Origin: the human T2T-CHM13v2.0 reference genome, Homo sapiens
Reading direction: 5' to 3' (one strand)
Assembly (NCBI RefSeq): GCF_009914755.1
Contig: NC_060931.1
DNA length: 64,000 nt
Positions 46,278 to 64,000 of this stretch are shown piece after piece; the stretch's first letter is position 1; each line of letters starts with the position of its first letter. A program made the position numbers and the translations under genes. The notes under the pieces were generated by a model. It saw nothing but the letters and a program-made list of their open reading frames with translations, was not told the origin of the DNA and searched no databases.

Positions 46278-47183
46278 GGAAATAGAGCCAAGATGGCCGA
46301 ATAGGAACAGCTCCGGTCTACAGCTCCCAGCGTGAGCGACGCAGAAGACGGGTGATTTCTGCATTTCCATCTGAGGTACCGGGTTCATCTCACTAGGGAG
46401 TGCCAGACAGTGGGCGCAGGCCAGTGGGTGCGCGCACCGGGCGTGAGCCAAAGCAGGGCGAGGCATTGCCTCACCTGCGAAGCGCAAGGGGTCAGGGAGT
46501 TCCCTTTCCGAGTCAAAGAAAGGGGTGACGGACGCACCTGGAAAATCGGGTCACTCCCACCCGAATATTGCGCTTTTCAGACTGGCTTAAAAAACGGCGC
46601 ACCACGAGACTATATCCCACACCTGGCTCAGAGGGTCCTACGCCCCCGGAATCTCGCTGATTGCTAGCACAGCAGTCTGAGATCAAACTGCAAGGCGGCA
46701 GCGAGGCTGGGGGAGGGGCGCCCGCCATTGCCCAGGCTTGCTTAGGTAAACAAAGCAGCCGGGAAGCTCGAACTGGGTGGAGCCCACCACAGCTCAAGGA
46801 GGCCTGCCTGCCTCTGTAGGCTCCACCTCTGGGGGCAGGGCACAGACAGACAAAAAGGCAGCAGTAACCTCTGCAGACTTAAATGTCCCTGTCTGACAGC
46901 TTTGAAGAGAGCAGTGGTTCTCCCAGCACGCAGCTGGAGATCTGAGAATGGGCAGACTGCCTCCTCAAGTGGGTCCCTGACCCCTGACACCCGAGCAGCC
47001 TAACTGGGAGGCACCCCCCAGCAGGGGCACACTGACACCTCACACGGCAGGGTATTCCAACAGACCTGCAGGTGAGGGTCCTGTCTGTTAGAAGGAAAAC
47101 TAACAAACAGAAAGGACATCCACACCGAAAACCCATCTGTACATCACCATCATCAAAGACCAAAAGTAGATAAAACCACAAAG
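46278..47183. promoter_or_regulatory. L1 5' UTR bidirectional promoter (sense plus antisense)
   Basis: Complete CpG-rich 5' UTR; its length matches the short form that lacks the roughly 129-bp ZNF93-bound segment of older L1PA. Confidence 0.85.
46513..46728 (-). CDS. ORF0: L1 ORF0, 71 aa, intact
   Basis: MAGAPPPASLPPCSLISDCCASNQ...RCVRHPFL*; internal donors CAG|GTGTGG (46623/46622) and CAG|GTGCGT (46538/46537). Confidence 0.85.
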   Translation of the reverse strand: MAGAPPPASLPPCSLISDCCASNQRDSGGVGPSEPGVGYSLVVRRFLSQSEKRNIRVGVTRFSRCVRHPFL

Positions 47184-48200
47184 ATGGGGAAAAAACAGAA
47201 CAGAAAAACTGGAAACTCTAAAACGCAGAGCGCCCCTCCTCCTCCAAAGGAACGCAGTTCCTCACCAGCAACGGAACAAAGCTGGATGGAGAATGACTTT
47301 GACGAGCTGAGAGAAGAAGGCTTCAGACGATCAAATTACTCTGAGCTACGGGAGGACATTCAAACCAAAGGCAAAGAAGTTGAAAACTTTGAAAAAAATT
47401 TAGAAGAATGTATAACTAGAATAACCAATACAGAGAAGTGCTTAAAGGAGCTGATGGAGCTGAAAACCAAGGCTCGAGAACTACGTGAAGAATGCAGAAG
47501 CCTCAGGAGCCGATGTGATCAACTGGAAGAAAGGGTATCAGCAATGGAAGATGAAATGAATGAAATGAAGCAAGAAGGGAAGGTTAGAGAAAAAAGAATA
47601 AAAAGAAATGAGCAAAGCCTCCAAGAAATATGGGACTATGTGAAGAGACCAAATCTACGTCTGATTGGTGTACCTGAAAGTGATGCGGAGAATGGAACCA
47701 AGTTGGAAAACACTCTACAGGATATTATCCAGGAGAACTTCCCCAATCTAGCAAGGCAGGCCAACGTTCAGATTCAGGAAATACAGAGAACGCCACAAAG
47801 ATACTCCTCGAGAAGAGCAACTCCAAGACACATAATTGTCAGATTCACCAAAGTTGAAATGAAGGAAAAAATGTTAAGGGCAGCCAGAGAGAAAGGTCGG
47901 GTTACCCTCAAAGGGAAGCCCATCAGACTAACAGCGGATCTCTCGGCAGAAACCCTACAAGCCAGAAGAGAGTGGGGGCCAATATTCAACATTCTTAAAG
48001 AAAAGAATTTTCAACCCAGAGTTTCATATCCAGCCAAACTAAGCTTCATAAGTGAAGGAGAAATAAAATACTTTACAGACAAGCAAATGCCGAGAGATTT
48101 TGTCACCACTAGGCCTGCCCTAAAAGAGCTCCTGAAGGAAGCGCTAAACATGGAAAGGAACAACCGGTACCAGCCGCTGCAAAATCATGCCAAAATGTAA
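47184..48200 (+). CDS. ORF1: L1 ORF1p, 338 aa, intact RNA-binding chaperone
   Basis: Full-length MGKKQNRK...NHAKM with REKG, ARR and YPAKLS motifs. Confidence 0.95.
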   Translation: MGKKQNRKTGNSKTQSAPPPPKERSSSPATEQSWMENDFDELREEGFRRSNYSELREDIQTKGKEVENFEKNLEECITRITNTEKCLKELMELKTKARELREECRSLRSRCDQLEERVSAMEDEMNEMKQEGKVREKRIKRNEQSLQEIWDYVKRPNLRLIGVPESDAENGTKLENTLQDIIQENFPNLARQANVQIQEIQRTPQRYSSRRATPRHIIVRFTKVEMKEKMLRAAREKGRVTLKGKPIRLTADLSAETLQARREWGPIFNILKEKNFQPRVSYPAKLSFISEGEIKYFTDKQMPRDFVTTRPALKELLKEALNMERNNRYQPLQNHAKM

Positions 48201-48236
48201 AGACCATCGAGACTAGGAAGAAACTGCATCAACTAA

Positions 48237-53066
<4,830 letters not shown>

Positions 53067-54494
53067 ACAATGAGATCACATGGACACATGAAGGGGAATA
53101 TCACACTCTGGGGACTGTGGTGGGGTGGGGGGAGCGGGGAGGGATAGCATTGGGAGATATACCTAAGGCTAGATGACGAGTTAGTGGGTGCAGTGCACCA
53201 GCACGGCACATGTATACATATGTAACTAACCTGCACAATGTGCACATGTACCCTAAAACTTAAAGTATAATTAAAAAAAAAAAAGAAAATGTGGCACATA
53301 TACACCATGGAATACTATGAAGCCATAAAAAAGGATGAGTTCATGTCCTTTGTAGGGATATGGATGAAGCTGGAAACTATCATTCTCAGCAAACTATCAC
53401 AAGGACAGAAAACCAAACACCGCATGTTCTCACTCATAGGTGGGAATTGAACAATGAGAACACTTGGACACAGGAAGGGGAACATCACACACTGGGGCCT
53501 ATCGTGGGGTGGGGGGAGGGGGGAGGGATAGCATTAGGAGATATACCTAATGTAAATGATGAGTTAATGGGTGCAGCACACCAACATGGCACATGTATAC
53601 ATATGTAACTAAACTGCACGTTGTGCACATGTACCCTAGAACTTAAAGTATAATAAAAAATAAAAAATAAAAATTAAAAATAAAATTTGGGTCAACACAA
53701 AAGAATGTTAGCTCTGGCTCATGGGTGTGACTTTTTATAGGGCCCTGAGGAAGAAATTCAGAACAAAGAATGGCAGACAAAGAATGGCAGTCAGAGTTTA
53801 GTCCTTGTTTTTTTGTTTTTTTGTTTTGTTTTGTTTTCTTTTTGTTTGTTTTGTTTTGTTTAATTTGAAGTTTATGTGCCAGTGGATTTGTTTGGTGGCA
53901 GTCTGGGTTTCTGAAAATGACAGGGACATACATTAAGTTGTTATGTTTATTTTTTTATAGAGAAATAAACATCCTATGATTTTTATTTTGGGGGCTATTG
54001 TTTTAAGCTGCTGTTATTTTGTTGTTGTCGTTTACTGTTTTTACTTTTGGGGGCTAGCTAGGTCCTGAAATTTTTTTGAAGGAACTTAAGGTTTTGAAAA
54101 ATTTTTTTATGCTTGGGGGTGTGGTCCACAGGTCCCAAAATGGAAGTCCCTGCTGATCTCAGTTAGCCAAGGAAGCCACAATAATCTGATGTGTCATAGC
54201 TGGTCAAACACTGTGAAACTTCGCACATTGGTTAAGGAACCAATGTGATTATTTACTTCACACAGATTACCAATGGGACTGACTACCTTGTCTGTCCTGG
54301 TCTACATCAGAAATAGAGACTGGCTGGTCACTCACTGATTCAGTAATTTATTCACAATTTGTCATTGAGTTTTTCCTAGCTTTTATGCATGCAGATACAA
54401 TGATAAATTGATTGAACTGAGATGAGGTTTAACTAATTTAAACAATGTGCCTCAAGTAAAAATTAGCTCTAATTATCCTAATTCAAACAACCAA

Positions 54495-54870
54495 CTATAA
54501 AAAGAATGTATAAGACAACCAGGAAAATATGAACACTAACTATATATATTTGATGATATTAAGGAATTTATTGCCTACTTCTTTTGGTGCAATAATAGTA
54601 TTATGATTAGTGGGTTTTCAGAAAGAATATTTATCTTTTAAAGCTACATAGAGAAATATTTACAAATAAAATGATATACTGTCTAGGATTTGCTACAAAA
54701 TAATTTAATAGTAGGGGAAAGAGGGAGGAAATAGTAGAAAGCAAAGATGAAACGAGATTAGCTATGAGTTAAATAATTGCAGAAGCTGAGTGAACATACG
54801 TGGGGGTTTATTATACTATTCCCTCCCCTTTGGTTTATGTTTAAATTTTTTCGTTAAAATTTTTTATTCT
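54495..54870 (+). mobile_element. L1M 3' terminal fragment
   Basis: tttgatgatattaaggaatt...ctaggatttgct..aaaataat...tttattatactatt. Confidence 0.7.
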
Positions 54871-54914
54871 TTTATGTGTGACTCTAATCAATATGACTAT
54901 GGAAATTTCAAGGT

Positions 54915-55140
54915 CTTTGTAGTCAGGCGAACCTAATATATAAATACTGGGGTTTTTTTTCACTAACTGGTTAGGAGACCTGGAGCAAGATTCTTAAGCT
55001 AACAGAGCTTCTACTTCTTATCTTCAAAATCACCGAACTAACTTGTATCTCATACGGATTTTGAGAATTAAAAGAAAAGAAATCACATCACTAAATCACC
55101 TAGCACAGTGCCTGGTGCATAGCAGACACTTGATAACTAT
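54915..55140 (+). mobile_element. MIR SINE
   Basis: acctagcacagtgcctggtgcatag. Confidence 0.6.
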
Positions 55141-55459
55141 TGTTACAATTGTAGAAGCTATTAAAGATAGAGGCCTTTCAAACAAACCTGGAACAACATG
55201 TCTTAAGATTTCAGTGGAAATCTCAAAGCAGAGTTGAAATAAACTAACAGAGAGGAAGAGGTGGTAACCTTCCACAGAAAGCCTAAGGTTAGAATGTATC
55301 TTCCTAGGCAACAAGACAATTATTCCAAACACAAAAGGAAACAACTTTCTATTTAGCTCATTTCTAAGGTAACCATTGTATCGCCGGTGAAACAGTTCAG
55401 GCATAAATTGGACAGAGTCTGAAAGGTCTCTGATTCCATTTTGTTTTGTATTTGAATGA

Positions 55460-58274
<2,815 letters not shown>

Positions 58275-58496
58275 TAATTGACATCTTTCTCTAATTTAAA
58301 TTTGTGCTGCTTTAGGTCTCTTATGTGAAAAATAGATTCTTATTAGCCAACTGTGTTTAAAATCTGCTCTTTCTCCTGTAATAACAGCTCTTCTCCTGTA
58401 ATAATCAACGTCCAGTTACCCAAATCAGAACTTTGGTAGATATATTCAGTCCCTGGATTCCCCTCAGTAGGCCTCTTCCCATACACTTTGAATTGA

Positions 58497-58846
<350 letters not shown>

Positions 58847-58859
58847 CCCTTAAACTATA

Positions 58860-59870
58860 CTTTCATGGTCACTGCCTCAGGTCAGGTGCCCAGCATGCCA
58901 TATTTCAATTTCTGCAGCAATCATTAAACTAGTCTCCCTATCTCTAGTCTCTTCCTTCCTCAAATCATATTCAAGAATGCTGGCAAAATGACCATTTTAA
59001 CATGCAAATCTGATCATGTCATTACTCTGAGTAAAATATTTCAGTAGATCCCAACCGTCTATGGAAGTCCAAATTCCTTAGTGTGTCATATAAACACTTC
59101 ATGATTTTCCTTTATCCACTTTTCTAAATCACGTCTACTCTTTGTGCATTCATATGCACCTTGTCCTGTGCCGTCTAGTCATATTGCTAAACAACCTGTC
59201 ATTTTCTCCAAGTGCTGTGTTCTCTTCTGCTGCTATGCTTTTGTGTACACTATTCCCTCTGTCCTGCGAGATGTTTGTCCCCTGTGCACTTGACAAAACT
59301 TACTCATACTTCAAGACTCAGCTCACATGTCCTTCTTTTGTGAAATTTTCCCTGTCACTAGTTGCTCACAACCATTATATTGAGTTAGACCCTCTATTCT
59401 CTGAGCAACTTGCATGTGCATGCTAATACCTTATTTAGAAATTTTATGATACTCAAGAGTCATTATTGTGTGTACACAAGCATGCACATGCTGGGACTCC
59501 CCTACTAGCCCATGATCTCCTTGAGAACAGAAATAATGGCTTATATATTTAGTTACTTAAAATTTATTAATTTATTTATTTTTTGTTGTTGTTTTTGAGA
59601 CAGGGTCTCGCTATGTCACCCAGGCTAGAGTGCAGTGGTGTGATCATAACTCACTGCAGCCTTGATTTTTCAGGCTCAAGCAATCCTCCTGCCTCAGACC
59701 CCTGAGTAGCTGGGGACTACAGGTGCACCATCACACTTGGCTTTTTTTTTTTTTTTTTTAGTAGAGTTGGGATCTTGTCATATTTCTCAGGCTTATTTTT
59801 ACCTCCTTAAACCTTACCTAGTACCTGGCACAAAGTAGGCACTCAAGAATATGTGAAATGAATGAAGAAA
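58860..59870 (+). mobile_element. L2 3' region with an inserted AluJ piece (about 59570-59790, minus)
   Basis: tgcaaatctgatcatgtca, ttcaagactcagctc, gtacctggcacaaagtaggcactcaa. Confidence 0.75.
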
Positions 59871-61154
59871 ACAAATTAAGCATAAGAAAAGTTAGTAATA
59901 AAATGAATAACTGTGCTTCAATGTTTCGAAAATAACTTATCTTTCCTAGAATGCACTTTACTACCTCAAATCTTAGGACCTTACATTGTTCCTTCTGTCT
60001 AGAATGATTTTCTCTTCAATTTAATCCTCTGTTCATCCACCAAGAAGCTACTCTATAGGTAATATCATTACCTCTGTTAGCACTGGCCTGGGCCTTTAGG
60101 CAGAATTATCTACTTCCTCCCTTAAATACCCATAGATCTCCTATGTGAAAATAGATTCTTATTAGATGCTTGTGTTTCACTGTGTCTGCCATAGACCCTT
60201 GATATTCACAAGGTAGATACCCTGAGACTTCATAGATACAAATATTTGAACATAAAAATGTTTATATGGGCTTCTGGATTTCTCCTAAATTATTTCTCAA
60301 ATTCTGGGTTTGCTCCCAATACAAGTCAGGGAGCTTTTCTACTTTTACTCAGAATCTTTCCCTGATTTGGCCATTTTTTAAAGTCAGGTTTATTGAGATA
60401 TAATTCCTAGAGTGAAATTCACCCTTTTTAGACATACCCATAATTTTAGGAATCCTGACAAACACATCCAGGTACACAATTACCATCACAATTAAAATAC
60501 AGAACATTTCTACCATGCCAGAAAGTTCCCACATGTCCCCTGTGGTTAATCCCCAGTCCAGGACTCTCACTGTGGTTTTAACTTTTCCAGAGTGTCATAT
60601 AAATTCAAACATATCCCATATGGCTTTATAAATTTGCCTTCTTTCAGTTAGCATGGTGTATTTGAAATTTGTTCTTTTTATCACTTAGTAGTACTGTTCT
60701 GTATGAAATTCTATCACGTGGAATCTACCTGTACACAGTATGGATGTACCACAGTTGGTTTATCCCTTCACAAGCTGATGAACATTTAGGTTGTTTGCAG
60801 TTTTTTGGTGAAAACTGTTATAAATATTCATGTGTAGATCTTTGTGTATGTTTTTGTTTCTTTTGGGTAAAAATCTAAAAGATGAGTTGGGTCATCTAAT
60901 AAGTATACGTTTAACTTTATAAGAAATTGTCACACTGTTTTTCAAAGTTACTGCAGTGTTACATTCCACCCCAAAATGTATGAGAGCTCCATTGGCACAG
61001 CATACCCATCAGCACTAATGGATGTGTAGTGATATCTCTTTGTGGTTTTAATTTTCATTTCTTTGATGACTAATGATCTTTTCATTGTTTATGTGGCATC
61101 TGCATTTCATAAAATATTCAAATATTTTGTCCATTTTTTTAAATGGGCTTGGCT

Positions 61155-61653
61155 GCCTTCTCTTCTCTTCTTTTCTTTCTTTCTTTCTTTCTTGTCTTTT
61201 TTTCTTTCTCTTTTCTTTTGTCTCACTCTGCTACCCAGGCTGCTTTCTTTTCTTTTCTATCTTTCCTTCCTTCCTTCCCTCTTTCCTTCCTTCCCTTCCC
61301 TTCTTTCTTTCTTTCTTCTTTTTTCTTTCTCTTTTCTTTTGTCTCACTCTGTCACCCAGGCTGCTTTCTTTTCTTTTCTTTTCTATCTTTCCTTCCCTCT
61401 TTCCTTCCTTCCCTTCCTTTCTTTCTTTCTTTCTCTTTTATCTCACTCTGTCACCCAGGCTGCTTCCTTTTCTTTTCTTTTCTGTCTGTCCTTCCTTCCT
61501 TCCCTCTTTCCTTCCCTCCCTCCTTCCCTCCCTCCTTTCTTTCTTTCTTGCTTACTTTCACTCTCTTTTCCTTCCTTTCCTCCTTCCTTCCCTCCCTCCC
61601 TCTCTCCTTTCTTTCTTTCTTTCCTTCTTTCTTTCCTTCCTTCCTTCCTTCCT

Positions 61654-61701
<48 letters not shown>

Positions 61702-61725
61702 TTCTTTCTTTCTCTTTCTTTTTTT
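61155..61725. repeat. Polypyrimidine composite repeat (TTTC/CCTT) with three captured Alu-end copies
   Basis: About 570 bp almost all C/T; tctcactctg(tc/ct)acccaggct at about 61221, 61342 and 61441. Confidence 0.9.
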
Positions 61726-61995
61726 GACAAGGTCTCACTCTGTCACCCAGGCTAGAGTGCAGTAGTGCCATCTCGGCTCACTACAACCTCCACCTCCCAG
61801 GCTCAAACGATCCTCCTGCCTCAACTGGGACCACAGGCCTGAGTCATCACACCCAGCTAATTTTGTATTTTTTTAAACAGAGACAGGGTTTTGCCATGTT
61901 GCCTAGGCTGGCCTGGAACTCCTGAGCTCAAGTGATCTGCCCACCTCGGCTTCCCAAAGTGCTGGGATTACAGGTGTGAGTCATTGTGCCCTGCC
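61726..61995 (-). mobile_element. AluJ
   Basis: gacaaggtctcactctgtcacccagg...ctcctgagctcaagtgatc. Confidence 0.9.
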
Positions 61996-62461
61996 CATTT
62001 TCTTATTATTGAGTTCTTTACATATTAAGGATATCAGTATTTTATTATACAGTGTTTTACAAATATTTCTTTCAGACTGTGTCTTCTCTTTCATTTTTCT
62101 TAACAGTGTCCTTTGAAGAGTGGATGTTTCTAATTTTGATTAATTCCAATTTGTCAACTTTTTTTTCCTGATTTGTGCTTTTTGGATGCTAAGAAATTTG
62201 TGCCTAACCCAAGCTCAGAAAGATTTTCACATGTGTTTTCTTCTAGAAGTTTTATAGTTTTAGGTTTTACACTTAGATTTCAGATCCATTTTGAGTTAAG
62301 TTTAAGGGAGGAAGTAGATAATTCTGCCTAAAGGCCCTCACAGTGTGAGGTATGCATTGAGGTTCGTATTTTTACACACATATGTTTAATTGTTGCAGCA
62401 GCATTTTTTAAAAGCCTATCCTTTCTACATTAAATTACCTCTGTATGTTTGTCAAAAGTCA

Positions 62462-62760
<299 letters not shown>

Positions 62761-62809
62761 ATTCAATTAACCATGTATATGTTGTTTTATGTCTGGATTC
62801 TATTTGAAG

Positions 62810-63048
62810 TGTTCACCAGCTTTTCCTCTAAAGGGACAGATAAGTAAGATTTTAGGCTTTGCAGGCCATACAGTCTCTGTCACAATTACTCAATTCTACC
62901 GTTATAGTACAACAGCAGCCATAGACAACATGTAAATAAGTGAGCATGGCTGTATTTTAATGAAGTATTATTTTATTTCAATAAAATATTATTTACAGAA
63001 ACAGCCAGTGAGATTAGTCCTGGAGGCCATAATTTGACAACTCCTGCT
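62810..63048. mobile_element. MER58-type DNA transposon
   Basis: ttttaggctttgcaggccatacagtctctgtcacaattactcaa...gcagccatagacaac. Confidence 0.8.
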
Positions 63049-63266
63049 CTCGTGTGCTCCATTCATCTGTTTCTATCCTTTGATCAATACCATAATGGCT
63101 TGATTACTGTGGCTTGTAAGATTTGAAATTAGTTAGCAGTGTTGAGTCTTCCAACTTTTTTCTTTTGCAAAAATTTTTGACTATCTTTTGCTTTCCCATA
63201 TAAATGTAGGGTATGTTTGCCGGTTTGCTTTCCCATATAAACGTAGGGTATATTTGCTGGTTTCTC

Positions 63267-63565
63267 TTTTTTTTTTTTTTTTTTTTAGACGGATTCTCTC
63301 TCTGTCACCAGGCTGAAGTGTGCAGTTGCGTGATCTTGGCTCACTGCCATCTCCGCCTCCCAAGTTCAAGCGATTCTCCTGCCTCAGCCTCCTGAGTAGC
63401 TGGGACTACAGCTACGTGCCACCACACCTGGCTAATTTTTGTATTTTTAGTAGAGACGGGGTTTCACCTTGTTGGCCAGTATTCTCTCGATCTCTTGACC
63501 TCACGATCTGCCGGCCTTGGCCTCCCAAAGTGCTGGGATTACAGGTGTGAGCCACTGTGCTCGGT
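63267..63565 (-). mobile_element. AluS (Sc-like)
   Basis: Full dimer; TSD tRtttgctggYttct. Confidence 0.92.
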
Positions 63566-64000
63566 TGTTTGCTGGCTTCTATAAAAGAAAAAATCTGCTA
63601 AAATTTTTATTAGGATTGCACTGAATCTATAATCAACTTGGGAATAACTGGCACCCTAACAATATTGAGTCTTCCAATCCATGAACACAGATACTTCTTT
63701 CTTTAAAGATTGTGATTCTATCATCAATATTTTAATTTTCAGCATATAAAGTTTGCACATATTTTGTTAGACTTATACCTAAGTAATTAATAATTTGAGT
63801 GCTACTGCAAAGTGATTTTTAAATTTTAATTTCCTTTTTTTATTATGAATATATATAAATACAACTGATATATGAATATTGAGCTTGTATCCCACAACCT
63901 GGCTAAACTCCCTTATAAATTCCAGTAGCCATTTTGTATATTCTTTTGGGATTTCCTATGTTACAGATTCTCATCTATAAATAGCAACAGTTTTATTTCT

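Noticed and set aside
61042-61771. ORFs of 95-237 aa (Phe/Leu/Ser- or Lys/Glu/Arg-rich)
   Set aside because: Artefacts of the TTTC/CCTT simple repeat.

Overview
Hominine (probably human) genomic DNA that is repeat-rich and has no recognisable cellular protein-coding exon. The left 24 kb reads as intron 1 of a minus-strand gene. Its CpG-island promoter and probable non-coding first exon lie at about 23.9-24.9 kb. I cannot name the gene. It has a strong-Kozak uORF and a candidate 16-nt microexon at 22812-22827. The right 39 kb is upstream intergenic DNA. It contains a four-layer nested stack at 44020-54161: an ERV1-type LTR, inside it a 5'-truncated L1PA5-like element, inside that a full-length L1PA2-like element, and inside that a 968-bp HERV-K LTR5_Hs solo LTR. 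The three inner layers have readable target-site duplications (TSDs). The inner L1 keeps an intact ORF1, an intact antisense ORF0 pointing at the gene, and an ORF2 cut just after the FADD motif. Next to the stack is a minus-strand SVA (D-like) with a 145-bp 5' transduction, inserted into an Alu linker. Subfamily names come from recalled consensus features, not from a database run, and the edges of old repeats are approximate.
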